The position numbers and the translations under genes were made by a program. Source: an uncultured Planctomycetaceae bacterium (GTDB taxonomy: Bacteria > Planctomycetota > UBA1135 > GCA-002686595). From it: a DNA stretch of 25,691 nucleotides. Each line of letters opens with the position of its first letter. Position 1 is the stretch's first letter. The notes beneath the pieces are model-generated. The model ran no database searches. It saw only the letters and a program-made list of their open reading frames with translations, and was not told where the DNA came from. Positions 15,876 through 24,251 of this stretch are shown piece after piece. The stretch covers positions 1-25,691 of the forward strand of contig CAZCAC010000127.1 in assembly GCA_964496575.1 (NCBI GenBank). The letters are read 5' to 3'.

Positions 15876-15898
15876 GGGCGGCGAGCTTCTGCCGTTTT
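15876..15898 (+). terminator. Weak candidate intrinsic terminator after mltA.
   Basis: GGCGGC-gagcttct-GCCG followed by TTTT (15895-15898), 4 nt after the TAG at 15870-72. The stem is short (4-5 bp). Confidence 0.3.
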
Positions 15899-15976
15899 CC
15901 GTAGCCCTTTGCTCATAAGGGTTTAGCAGCGATCGTGCTCACCATCGTCCGCGGGAGGGGTAGCCGACCAGAGATA

Positions 15977-15990
15977 TTGTACTAGTATAT
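15977..15990. promoter_or_regulatory. AT-rich palindromic element TTGTACTAGTATAT (core TACTAGTA) in the GntR-SPFH leader; candidate autoregulatory operator / promoter.
   Basis: TACTAGTA (15980-15987) is self-complementary. A second ACTAG copy sits at 15997-16001. The element lies 42-55 nt upstream of the TTG start at 16032, inside the only AT-rich patch of this intergenic region. YtrA-type GntR repressors typically bind short palindromes in their own promoters. Confidence 0.35.
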
Positions 15991-16031
15991 GCGAACACTA
16001 GAGAACCACTACATTATCTGGTGACGAGACG

Positions 16032-16403
16032 TTGAAGTTCCGAATCGACAGACAGACTGGCGTGCCCTTCTACCGGCAGATCATCGAGCAGGCCAAGTTC
16101 GCCATCGCGCGAGGAGAGCTCGAGCCGGGGGCGCAGCTGCCCACGGTTCGCCAGCTGGCCGTCGACCTCTCGATCAACCCCAACACGGTGATCCGCGCCT
16201 ACCGTGAGCTGGAGATCAAGGGGGTGCTCGAGACCCACCAGGGTTCGGGGACCTTCGTCGGGCGGAAGAAGCCCGAGATCGACCAGCTCGAGAAGCAGCG
16301 CAAGCTCGACCAGATCGTGACCGAGACGCTGGCCCACGCGGCCAGCTTCGGATTCTCCCTGGATGAACTCGCGGAGGCCCTCGAGCTCCGCAAGGAGAAT
16401 TGA
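16032..16403 (+). CDS. GntR-family transcriptional regulator, short YtrA-like subfamily (123 aa).
   Basis: TTG start at 16032 is the first start after the in-frame TAG at 15999-16001. The winged-HTH reads PFYRQIIEQAKFAIARGELEPGAQLPTVRQLAVDLSINPNTVIRAYRELEIKGVLETHQGSGTFV. The short C-terminal helical region is typical of the YtrA subfamily. Confidence 0.8.
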   Translation: MKFRIDRQTGVPFYRQIIEQAKFAIARGELEPGAQLPTVRQLAVDLSINPNTVIRAYRELEIKGVLETHQGSGTFVGRKKPEIDQLEKQRKLDQIVTETLAHAASFGFSLDELAEALELRKEN

Positions 16404-16406
16404 GCG

Positions 16407-17540
16407 ATGACACCCGCATTCACCAACGGCCCGAGGATCTCGATGGAACGCTTTGCCACGACCTCCCGTGCGGACTTCCGCTTCGCCCCTCTCAACGCCC
16501 TCCTTCTGGTGATGATGAGCGTGGTCGGTCTCGTCACCCACACCCTCGTCCACGGCTTCAGTGCCATCGCCGTCTTCCTCGCCCTCGGCTCGGCGCTCAC
16601 CCTGGCGGTCCTCCTGCGCCTCGCCCAGGTCTGGGAAGTGATGGTGATCGTCGGCACGGCGACCTGCCTGGGGATCTACCTCTTGATGCGGCCTCACGCC
16701 GAGATCCTGGTCTTGACCATCGCCTTCGCCACGGTGATCTCGACCTCGGTCCAGATCGCCTACCAGTGGGAGCGCGCCGTGGTGCTCCGCTTCGGCGAGT
16801 TCCGCGGGTTGCGCACCTCCGGACTCTTCGTGCTGATCCCGGTGCTCGACAAGGTCGCCCAGTTCGTCGACCAGCGGATCCGGGTCACCGACTTCAGCGC
16901 CGAGACCACCTTGACCGCCGACACCGTCCCGGTGAACGTCGACGCGATCGCCTTCTGGATGGTCTGGGATGCGCAGAAGGCGGTGCTCGAGGTGGAGCAC
17001 TTCCAGCGCGCGGTGGTCCTCTCCGCGCAGACCGCGCTGCGCAACGCGATCGGTCAGAACGACCTCGCCGGGCTGCTCTCCCAGCGCGACCGCCTCGGCG
17101 AGGAGATACAGCGGATTCTCGACGAGAAGACCCACCCCTGGGGGGTCACCACCCAGGCGGTGGAGATCCGCGACATCATCATCCCCAAGGGGCTCGAGGA
17201 CGCGATGTCGAGGCAGGCGCAGGCCGAGCGCGAGCGGCAGAGCCGCATCATCCTCGGCACCGCCGAGACGGAGATCGCCGAGAAGTTCGCGCGCGCCTCC
17301 GACCACTACCAGAACAACCCCGTCGCCCTGCACCTGCGGGCGATGAACATGGTCTTCGAGGGCCTGCGCAAGAAGGGCTCGATGATCATCGTGCCCAGCT
17401 CCGCGGTCGAGACGATGGGGCTGGGCGCGCTGGGAGGGCTCACCTCCTTCGGCCGCACCGGCGAGGCGGTGCCCGGGGCGACTCCACCCACGGCGACCGA
17501 GGAGGAGGATCCCGCCAGCGGAGCGCCCGAGCCCTCCTGA
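16407..17540 (+). CDS. SPFH / band-7 (stomatin-prohibitin-like) membrane protein with an extended ~125-aa N-terminal multi-TM region.
   Basis: ATG 16407 is 4 nt after the GntR stop, with AAGGAG at 16392-97. About 3 hydrophobic helices precede the SPFH core: YQWERAVVLRFGEFRG…LIPVLDKVAQFVDQRIRV…VDAIAFWMVWDAQKAVLEVE…LSQRDRLGEEIQRILDEKTHPWGV…VEIRDIIIP, followed by a coiled-coil QAQAERERQSRIILGTAETEIAEKFA. Confidence 0.85.
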   Translation: MTPAFTNGPRISMERFATTSRADFRFAPLNALLLVMMSVVGLVTHTLVHGFSAIAVFLALGSALTLAVLLRLAQVWEVMVIVGTATCLGIYLLMRPHAEILVLTIAFATVISTSVQIAYQWERAVVLRFGEFRGLRTSGLFVLIPVLDKVAQFVDQRIRVTDFSAETTLTADTVPVNVDAIAFWMVWDAQKAVLEVEHFQRAVVLSAQTALRNAIGQNDLAGLLSQRDRLGEEIQRILDEKTHPWGVTTQAVEIRDIIIPKGLEDAMSRQAQAERERQSRIILGTAETEIAEKFARASDHYQNNPVALHLRAMNMVFEGLRKKGSMIIVPSSAVETMGLGALGGLTSFGRTGEAVPGATPPTATEEEDPASGAPEPS

Positions 17541-17684
17541 TCACGCGAAAACGCCGCCGTAATGGGCGATCGGCGCGATTCGGGGGCCCCGGGCCGTCCC
17601 TGGGGACTCCGGTCCCCGCCCGGATCGGGGCGGTCCAAGACCCGACTTCGTATCCCTTGAAGCGGGTGCCGTTATCCTGTTGGG

Positions 17685-18200
17685 GTGGCTCAAGAGCGTG
17701 CAAGATCATCCCCCGGCCGAGCCAAGGTGATCGACGCTCTCCTGGAACACCGGGAGTTCGTCCGCAGCCTGGCCTGGAGGTTTACTTTCAGCCCCAGCGC
17801 CGCCGAGGATCTGGAGCAGGAGACCTGGCTTACCGCCCTGGAGCGTCCACCGGAGAGTCCGATCTTCTCGCCGCGCGGCTGGCTGGCGCAGGTCGTCCGC
17901 AGCCTGGCGGTCTCGCGGCTGCGCAAGGAGCGTCGCCGGCTGGTGCGGGAGACGCGGGCCCGGCGAGTCGGCTCCGAACCGTCGCCCTCCGAGCTGTTCG
18001 ACCGCGATCGCGTGCGCGAGCGACTCCTCATCGCCATGGAGCAGCTCGGCCCGCTCGAACGGCAAGTGATCGAGCTCCACTACGCCGTGGGCCTCTCGGC
18101 GCGGGAGATCGCCCGCCAGCTGGAGATGTCACCGCGTCGGGTCCGCGGGATCTGCGAGCGCGCCTGCGAGCGCTTGCGGCTCTTCGTCGAGGCTGGGTGA
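17685..18200 (+). CDS. ECF (group 4) sigma-70 family sigma factor; no adjacent anti-sigma gene.
   Basis: Region 2 reads AEDLEQETWLTALERP. Region 4 reads LGPLERQVIELHYAVGLSAREIARQLEMSPRRVRGICERACERLR. The GTG start at 17685 is the first in-frame start; GTG 17727 is the alternative. Confidence 0.8.
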   Translation: MAQERARSSPGRAKVIDALLEHREFVRSLAWRFTFSPSAAEDLEQETWLTALERPPESPIFSPRGWLAQVVRSLAVSRLRKERRRLVRETRARRVGSEPSPSELFDRDRVRERLLIAMEQLGPLERQVIELHYAVGLSAREIARQLEMSPRRVRGICERACERLRLFVEAG

Positions 18201-18305
18201 TCGGAATCGAGCCACCTCGACCTCAACATCACCCGCGAGGCGGGAACCGCGGTGGCGATGCCTTCGTGTCGCCCGCCGATCGAACTTCGTAGCGCGTTCC
18301 CGGGC

Positions 18306-19340
18306 TCAATCCCGCGCGACCAGCGCCATCAACGCAACGCGTCGCGCCGGATCCCGCTCGATCTCCAGTGCCCGCTCGACCATCTCCTCGGCTCGAGGGT
18401 GGTCCCCCAGGTCGACGTAGAGCCGGGCCAGCTGCTCCAGCGCCTCCCGACACGCCGGGTCGGTTTCCACGGCGCGCCGCAGAGCGGTCACGGCCTCGTC
18501 GGGACGTTCGAGCGCCGCGAGGTAGATCCCGCGGAGGTAGTGCGCGCTGGTGCACTGAGGATCGAGCTCGCACAGGGCGTCGAGCCAGCCCAGGGCCCGG
18601 AGCCGGGCTTCGGGAAACCGGGTGCACAGGTCATCTCTCATCGCCAGCATCGAGGCGTCGAGCAAGATCTCCGCGTCGGCGCAGCCCAGCTCGATCGCGC
18701 GCCCGTAGCTCAGGAAGGCGAGCTCCGGCCTCCCCGAGGCGTCGTAGACCCGGCCGAGGCAGGCGTGGGTCGCGGCGTCGTCGCCGTAGAGCTCGAGGGC
18801 CCGCTGGAGGGGGCCTTCAGCGGCGCGCTCGAGCCCGAGCTTCAGGCGCAACCGCCCCAGGGCACACAGCGCCGCCTGGTGGTCCGGGTCGATCGTCAAC
18901 AGGTGAGCGTAAGCGGCCTCCGCCGCGCGGTGATAGCCCAGGCGTTCGAGTAGAGCGGCCCTGAATTCCGGCAGCTCCACCTCGCCGGGAAACTCGGCGA
19001 TCCCCTGCTCGAGGAGCGCGCAGGCACTGGCGGCATCCCCGCTCTCGTAGAGCGCCCGGGCGGTCTCCCGATAGGTGCGCTCCGTCCTGGGATCCTCCGC
19101 GCGATGGACCTCGAACCACAGCTCCGCGGCGCGCGGCCAGTCCTCGGCGGCGGTCGCCTCCTCCGCGGAGTCGTAGTGCCGGCGCTTCTCGCCGCTCATG
19201 CAGCCGAGGAGGAGGGCGAAGGTCACGGGCAGCCAGAACCACCCGGCGAGTCCACCTCGGGCCCGGTCGGGGTCTCCGGAGTCTGTCCCTCGTCCTGCAC
19301 GCATGATCACCATTGTCGGGGTGCCTGCCGCATCCCTCAA
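18306..19340 (-). CDS. TPR-repeat lipoprotein.
   Basis: TTG 19340, or ATG 19313/19304. Signal peptide GLAGWFWLPVTFALLLGC with lipobox LLG-C, followed by repeated 34-aa TPR-like units (AEAAYAHLLTIDPDHQAALCALGRL…, AFLSYGRAIELG…, AHYLRGIYLAALERPDEAVTALRRAVETDP…). Confidence 0.7.
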   Translation of the reverse strand: MRDAAGTPTMVIMRAGRGTDSGDPDRARGGLAGWFWLPVTFALLLGCMSGEKRRHYDSAEEATAAEDWPRAAELWFEVHRAEDPRTERTYRETARALYESGDAASACALLEQGIAEFPGEVELPEFRAALLERLGYHRAAEAAYAHLLTIDPDHQAALCALGRLRLKLGLERAAEGPLQRALELYGDDAATHACLGRVYDASGRPELAFLSYGRAIELGCADAEILLDASMLAMRDDLCTRFPEARLRALGWLDALCELDPQCTSAHYLRGIYLAALERPDEAVTALRRAVETDPACREALEQLARLYVDLGDHPRAEEMVERALEIERDPARRVALMALVARD

Positions 19341-19446
19341 CCCTCGAGTTCATCGACCGGCGGAGCCCGGCACGTCGAGTCGGACGCGACGTTACCTCGG
19401 TCGCGGTGACAGATCCTACGAGCGGGTCACCGGCAGATTCCCCGCC

Positions 19447-20103
19447 TCAGACTCGTCGGCCCAGGCCGATCCAGAACGCGCTCGCCAGCGCGAGGACGAA
19501 GCAAACCAGGTCGAGGGGCCCGAAGCTCGATCGGAGACGCGCCCAGGTGGACGGTGCGGGCTTCGCAACGGCGGCCTGGCCGCTCTCGGCGCGAATCCGC
19601 TCGATGTAGGCGGTTCGCGAAGGAGCATCCATCGCGTCCCAGCGCGCGGCCGCCTCGCTCCACACCTCCGGAGGGTAGTCGGACTCCGCCCGGACGAAGC
19701 AGGGATCGACCCCGTCGGGCCAGCGCACGTCCTCGTCTCGGGCGAGGTGCTCGAGCACCACCTCGTCGGCGAGGTAGGAGATGATCAGTTCCGGTTCCTC
19801 CAGCGAGAGCAGGTCCCCGCTCGCGGCCTGAATCTCGGACTCCGCTCCGGCCTCCTCCAACAGCACGACCGAGGCGGCCTTCCCCGCGCTGATCGCGAAC
19901 AGGGTGATCCCGGCGGCGATCGCCCCGGCGACGAGCCCACCTCTTCCCCGCTGCCCGAATCGGACCGCCGCGCCGACGGCGAGGCCGATCGCCCAGGCGA
20001 GGTATCCGAGCTCCCACCCGCTGGAGTAGGAGAGGGTAGCCCAGATCGCCGCCCCGAGGATGCCGGCCACCAGCCCGGCGAGGGAACGGTTGGAGAGCCT
20101 CAT
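19447..20103 (-). CDS. Hypothetical integral membrane protein (about 4 TM helices with a central soluble loop).
   Basis: ATG 20103. There are hydrophobic segments at both ends (LVAGILGAAIWATL, LAWAIGLAVGAAV, LVAGAIAAGITLFAI, LVCFVLALASAFWIGLG). The central loop is …DVRWPDGVDPCFVRAESDYPPEVWSEAAARWDAMD…. It is distinct from the Arg/Gly-rich overlapping ORFs. Confidence 0.55.
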   Translation of the reverse strand: MRLSNRSLAGLVAGILGAAIWATLSYSSGWELGYLAWAIGLAVGAAVRFGQRGRGGLVAGAIAAGITLFAISAGKAASVVLLEEAGAESEIQAASGDLLSLEEPELIISYLADEVVLEHLARDEDVRWPDGVDPCFVRAESDYPPEVWSEAAARWDAMDAPSRTAYIERIRAESGQAAVAKPAPSTWARLRSSFGPLDLVCFVLALASAFWIGLGRRV

Positions 20104-20276
20104 CGATTGTCACCCGCCCCGGGTCCCGGCACCGCCGGTACCCCCCTCCCGGAGGGTCTCGTGGGGGGGCGTTCCCGCGAGAGATTCCACGATGAGCGAG
20201 AGGGTCGGGGAGCGCAAGGGGTGCCGGGGAGCTCCGGGACCCCCCCTCTCCCTGTTTTGGGACAGCCCGATTCCGC

Positions 20277-22382
20277 CTATTCGCCGCCCTCCGCCCAGCG
20301 GCCGATCGCCGCCTCGTCGAGCCGCCCCCAGTACACCCGGACTTCCTCGACGTCGCCGGGGAAGGGATTGGGCCCTTCGTAGGGCCCGACGGTGGACTCC
20401 TCGTCGGCGCCGATCTGCATCCCCTCCGCGGGGCGCTGCGTGAGCAACCGGGCGGGGGCCGCCGCGACCTCTCGCCCGTCGACGTAGAGCACCATCCGGC
20501 CGCCGGCCTCGAGCACCCCGACGAGGAGGTGGCTCCGGCCGGGCTCGAGGGGCTCGGGGGCGGCGACTTCCACGACCTCCTCGCTCTCGCGGATGGCGAA
20601 GGTGGCCCGCCCGTCGTTCAGGTAGAGCGCGTAGCCGTAGCTCTCTCCGCCTTGGGCGACGAGCACTCCCTGGCCCCCGGTCGGCGTGCAGCGAGCGCCG
20701 ACGGTCAGCGGCTTGCCGGAGGGATTACCCGGGGCGGCCACCTCGTCGTCGGGGCCGCGCCAGCGGAACACCTCGCGCAGCTCGACTCGCTCGGCGCGGC
20801 GCTGCACGTCCTTCGCGCGGAGCTCGCGCAGCGGGAGCTCCGGCTCGGTCTCACCGTAGTACAGCTGGAGCCGCTTCAGCTCGGCGGTGAGCTCACGGCG
20901 AATCGGGTCGTACTGGAGGTCGTCGTAGACGCTCTTCAGCTCGTCGGGATCGCGCTCGAGGTCGAAGAGCTCCCACTCATCGAGCTCGTAGTAGCGGATC
21001 AGCTTGTAGCGATCGGTGCGTACCCCGTAGTGGCGGTTGACCATGTGCACCGCGGGGTACTCGTAGTAGTGGTAGTAGATCGACTCGCGCCAGTCGTCGG
21101 GATCCTCGCCGCGCAGGAGCGGCACCAGGCTGCGTCCTTGCATCTCCTCGGGCGGCTCGACCCCGGCGATGTCGAGGAAGGTCTCGGCGAAGTCGATGTT
21201 CTGGACGAGGTGCTCGTCGACGGAGCCGGGCTCGGTCGCACCGGGCCAGCGCACGAGCAAGGGCATGCGCAGCGATTCCTCGTACATCCACCGCTTGTCG
21301 TACCAGCCGTGATCGCCGAGGTAGAAGCCCTGGTCGGAGTTGTAGATGACGATGGTGTTCTCGGCGAGGCCAGACTCGTCGAGGTAGTCGAGCACGCGCC
21401 CGAGGTTCTCGTCGACGGAAGCGATGCAGCGCAGGTAGTCCTTGATGTAGCGCTGGTAGCGCCAGCGAACGAGGTCGTCATCTTCGAGCTTGGCCTCGCG
21501 GAAGGCCTCGTTCTTCGGCTCGTAAGCGGCGTTCCAGACCTCGAGTTGCTCGGGAGTGAGGTTGCCCGGGGGTTTGAGCTTCGCGTCCGACTTGGAGAAG
21601 TGGTTCGCCAGTGTCATCTCCTGCATTCCGCACGCGCTGGTGCGCCCCTGCCAGTCGTCGAAGAGCGTCGCCGGCTCGGGCAGGTCGACATCGTCGAAGT
21701 CGTGGAGGTGTTTCGGCCCCGGCTGCCAGTTGCGGTGCGGCGCCTTGTGCTGCAGCATCAGCATGAAGGGCTTCTCGGGGTCGCGTTCCTCCTTCAGCCA
21801 CTGCAGGGCGAGGTCGGTGAGGATGTCGGTGGTGTAGCCGATGATCTTCTCGGTCCCCTCCGCGCTCTTCAGCGGTGGGTTGTAGTAGGGACCTTGACCC
21901 TTCAGTACCTGCCAATGGTCGAAGCCGGTGGGATCGCTCTTGAGGTGCCACTTGCCGACGATCGCCGTCTGGTAGCCGGCCTTGCGCAGGAGTTTGGGAA
22001 AGGTGACCTGCTCGCCGTCGAACACGATCGTGTTGTCGATCACGCCGTTCCGATGGCTGTGCTTGCCGGTGAGGATCGTCGCCCGGCTCGGCGCGCAGAT
22101 CGAGTTGCCGACGAAGCAATTGCGGAAAAGCACCCCCTCGTCGGCGAGTCGATCGATGTTCGGCGTCTGGTTGAGCACCGACCCGTAGGCACTGATCGCG
22201 TGCGAGGCGTGGTCGTCGGTGAAGACGAACAGGATGTTCGGATACGGTACCCGGTCAGAATCCGCCGCTATCCTCGAGCGGTCCGGCATCGCCGTGCCGC
22301 CCGAGGATAGCGGCGGATCCTGACCAGGTACCGCACAGGCGATGACGACGAGAGCGCAGCCGATCGAGGTGGACGTCTTCAT
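20277..22382 (-). CDS. Formylglycine-dependent sulfatase (type I) with an additional ~180-aa C-terminal beta-rich domain, possibly concanavalin/LamG-like. The start is ATG 22382, not the track GTG at 22406.
   Basis: Signal peptide [20 protein letters not shown]. Sulfatase signature [21 protein letters not shown] (C-x-P-x-R). Also [50 protein letters not shown] and DPDELKSVY. The C-terminus reads …[28 protein letters not shown]…[23 protein letters not shown]. Confidence 0.85.
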   Translation of the reverse strand: MKTSTSIGCALVVIACAVPGQDPPLSSGGTAMPDRSRIAADSDRVPYPNILFVFTDDHASHAISAYGSVLNQTPNIDRLADEGVLFRNCFVGNSICAPSRATILTGKHSHRNGVIDNTIVFDGEQVTFPKLLRKAGYQTAIVGKWHLKSDPTGFDHWQVLKGQGPYYNPPLKSAEGTEKIIGYTTDILTDLALQWLKEERDPEKPFMLMLQHKAPHRNWQPGPKHLHDFDDVDLPEPATLFDDWQGRTSACGMQEMTLANHFSKSDAKLKPPGNLTPEQLEVWNAAYEPKNEAFREAKLEDDDLVRWRYQRYIKDYLRCIASVDENLGRVLDYLDESGLAENTIVIYNSDQGFYLGDHGWYDKRWMYEESLRMPLLVRWPGATEPGSVDEHLVQNIDFAETFLDIAGVEPPEEMQGRSLVPLLRGEDPDDWRESIYYHYYEYPAVHMVNRHYGVRTDRYKLIRYYELDEWELFDLERDPDELKSVYDDLQYDPIRRELTAELKRLQLYYGETEPELPLRELRAKDVQRRAERVELREVFRWRGPDDEVAAPGNPSGKPLTVGARCTPTGGQGVLVAQGGESYGYALYLNDGRATFAIRESEEVVEVAAPEPLEPGRSHLLVGVLEAGGRMVLYVDGREVAAAPARLLTQRPAEGMQIGADEESTVGPYEGPNPFPGDVEEVRVYWGRLDEAAIGRWAEGGE

Positions 22383-22442
22383 GCCACCACGATCACAAGA
22401 CCGCACCGGGATGTCCAGCGCGAGCGCCGCCCGTCCGTTACG

Positions 22443-23897
22443 TTACTGCACCGAGATCTCGACGTCGTCGAGGTAGTGCCACACCTCGGTCTCCCAGCTG
22501 ACGGTGAAGCCGACGGCCACCCAGAGCCTGGTGCGGTTACCGGTGTCCACCTGTTCGGTCACGTGGTACTCCGCCCAGCCGTCCTGCATCGGCTCCAGGG
22601 TGAAGTCCGCCTCCCCCTCCGGATCCAGCATGCCGATGTAGTAGACCGGCGTCGTCGCCATGTTCGCCTGAATGCCGAAGGCCCAGGAGAGATCGACGGT
22701 CACCTCGCTCTTGGGCTCGACCGGGACCCAGCGTTCGATCCAGATCGTGCCGTCGTCGGACTGGCCGTTGAAGTACATCGAGAGGCCGCTGTGTCCGGTG
22801 TAGGCCTCGGTGCGGGTCCGCATGATCCGCCACTGGCGGCAGAGGTCGATGTTGGCGTCGAAGGGCACGTCGGCGTCGGCGAGCCACGCTCCCTGTCCCG
22901 ACTCACCGCCGTGCCAGACGCCGGTGCCCGAGCCACTCGGAACCACCTCCTCGAAACCTTCGACGTATTCGCCGTAGCCGCTGCCCACGAAGAGATCGGT
23001 GAAGCTGCGGTTGTTGTGCTCGTCGAGCTCACCGTGCACGTCGTTCCAGTCGACCACGGCCCAGAGTCGGTGCTGACCGGGAACGGCCGTCGTATCGAAG
23101 GTGAGGCGCCGAGTGCTTCCACCGGCGGGGATCGAAGCGATCGTTCCCGAGGCGACCACCACGCCATTCTCGGGACGGCCGTCGAAGAGGTGAACGGGCA
23201 CGTTCGTCGCGGGCAGGGTACCGTTGTTGTGGACCGTGACGGCGACCTGCAGCGGCTGCGAAGGTGCCGGGGTCACGTCGTCGACCCGGATGTCGGCGGG
23301 CCCGAGGGTCAGGTCCGGTGCCCCCACGGGCAGGACGGAGACGTACGAGACCAGGAGACGCGGCCGGTGGTTCGAGTCGAGCGACGAAGGGGAGGTGATG
23401 CGCTCGTGGTTGTACCCCGCCTGCGTCCACTTGATCGTGAGCTCGTCGTCCGCGGCCGCACTTCCGGTGATCTCGGCGGTGACGTCGATCTGCTTCCAGC
23501 CACCGATCCCCGAGATGTAGGACTGGATCAGGTGGTCGGTCGGCCAGTTGTAGAGCTCCGCGTGCGTACTCTCGAGGAACGACCATCCGTCGTCGCTGAC
23601 GTGATGGATCGAGACGACGTCCCCCGGGTGCGTCGCTTCCACGTAGAAACGGAGGATCGCAGAGCGAACGGTCGCGCCCTGGGGAATGTCGGAGAGATCG
23701 AACTTCAGCAGCGCGGATGGGTGCAGGATCGAGTCCTGGTCCTTCCAGTGGTAGGGCCATGCCACGCGGCACCAATCCTTCACGTCGCTACTGTCGATCA
23801 CCACGCGGTTGTAGATGATCCCCGAGACCTGGGCGCCGAGCGTCGCTTGCAGCGCCCAGGCGGCACACAGTGTCGATGCGAGAACACGAACCTTCAT
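22443..23897 (-). CDS. Secreted protein containing a CARDB domain; unknown function.
   Basis: ATG 23897 is preceded by AAGGAGG at 6-nt spacing. Signal peptide MKVRVLASTLCAAWALQATLGAQ. The CARDB block is PDLTLGPADIRVDDVTPAPSQPLQVAVTVHNNGTLPATNVPVHLFDG…QHRLWAVVDWNDVHGELDEHNN. The TAA stop at 22443-45 lies 60 nt upstream of the sulfatase ATG, suggesting an operon. Confidence 0.7.
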   Translation of the reverse strand: MKVRVLASTLCAAWALQATLGAQVSGIIYNRVVIDSSDVKDWCRVAWPYHWKDQDSILHPSALLKFDLSDIPQGATVRSAILRFYVEATHPGDVVSIHHVSDDGWSFLESTHAELYNWPTDHLIQSYISGIGGWKQIDVTAEITGSAAADDELTIKWTQAGYNHERITSPSSLDSNHRPRLLVSYVSVLPVGAPDLTLGPADIRVDDVTPAPSQPLQVAVTVHNNGTLPATNVPVHLFDGRPENGVVVASGTIASIPAGGSTRRLTFDTTAVPGQHRLWAVVDWNDVHGELDEHNNRSFTDLFVGSGYGEYVEGFEEVVPSGSGTGVWHGGESGQGAWLADADVPFDANIDLCRQWRIMRTRTEAYTGHSGLSMYFNGQSDDGTIWIERWVPVEPKSEVTVDLSWAFGIQANMATTPVYYIGMLDPEGEADFTLEPMQDGWAEYHVTEQVDTGNRTRLWVAVGFTVSWETEVWHYLDDVEISVQ

Positions 23898-24101
23898 CTC
23901 GAACCTCCTTCAGTCCCTCACTTGCCGGACGTTTCTTTCCAGGGGCGTGCAACGCACCCCGGCCTCGCCTTCCCGATGGTACGCCGGGAGCTCCCACTGG
24001 GCAAGGATGTTGCAGATTGCGAGAATGCCGAGCGAAGAGCGTGGGGCCGTCGCCTCGCGAGCGAAACAGCCGACGAAGAGGATACGAGGGGAGGCTCTGG
24101 A

Positions 24102-24251
24102 ATGGGCGACGAGAGTACTGGCGCAAGACGCCTGTTCTGGCTCACAGTGGGCGTCCTGCTGGCGGCACTCACCATCGGCTGCGGACCGGCCCTGCGGGCG
24201 GAGGATGAGCGAGCCAGGTCGGCCACCGGCTGCGGGGAACAGAGAGACTAG
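24102..24251 (+). CDS. Speculative small ORF (49 aa) with a signal-peptide-like / lipoprotein-like N-terminus.
   Basis: ATG 24102 is preceded by GAGGGGAGG (24085-24093) at 8-nt spacing. MGDESTGARRLFWLTVGVLLAALTIGC-GPALRAEDERARSATGCGEQRD. The TAG stop (24249-51) overlaps the TAG (24250-48) of the convergent sulfatase gene within a CTAG palindrome. Confidence 0.3.
   Translation: MGDESTGARRLFWLTVGVLLAALTIGCGPALRAEDERARSATGCGEQRD

Noticed and set aside
14406-15904. Minus ORF 14406..15683 and plus ORF 14834..15904.
   Set aside because: They are alternative frames over mltA. Only the MltA frame shows the family blocks and a lipoprotein signal.
17541-17684. Possible ECF-type autoregulatory promoter (GGAAC…CGTC) upstream of the second sigma factor, and a GC hairpin GGGGAC-tccg-GTCCCC at 17602-17617 after the SPFH gene.
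   Set aside because: There is no convincing match to the AAC-N16-CGT ECF consensus. The hairpin is short and lacks a U-tract. Both are left uncalled.
16014-18292. Minus ORF 16014..17333 and plus ORF 16400..18292 (630 aa).
   Set aside because: They are off-frame over the GntR, SPFH and ECF genes. They are Arg/Gly/Pro-dominated, and the plus ORF would span an intergenic region plus two genes.
20529-24251. Plus-strand ORFs 20529..22310 (593 aa) and 22476..24251 (591 aa).
   Set aside because: They are antisense to the sulfatase and CARDB genes. Only the last about 50 codons of the second ORF (24102..24251) were kept as a speculative small ORF because of its strong RBS and signal-like N-terminus.
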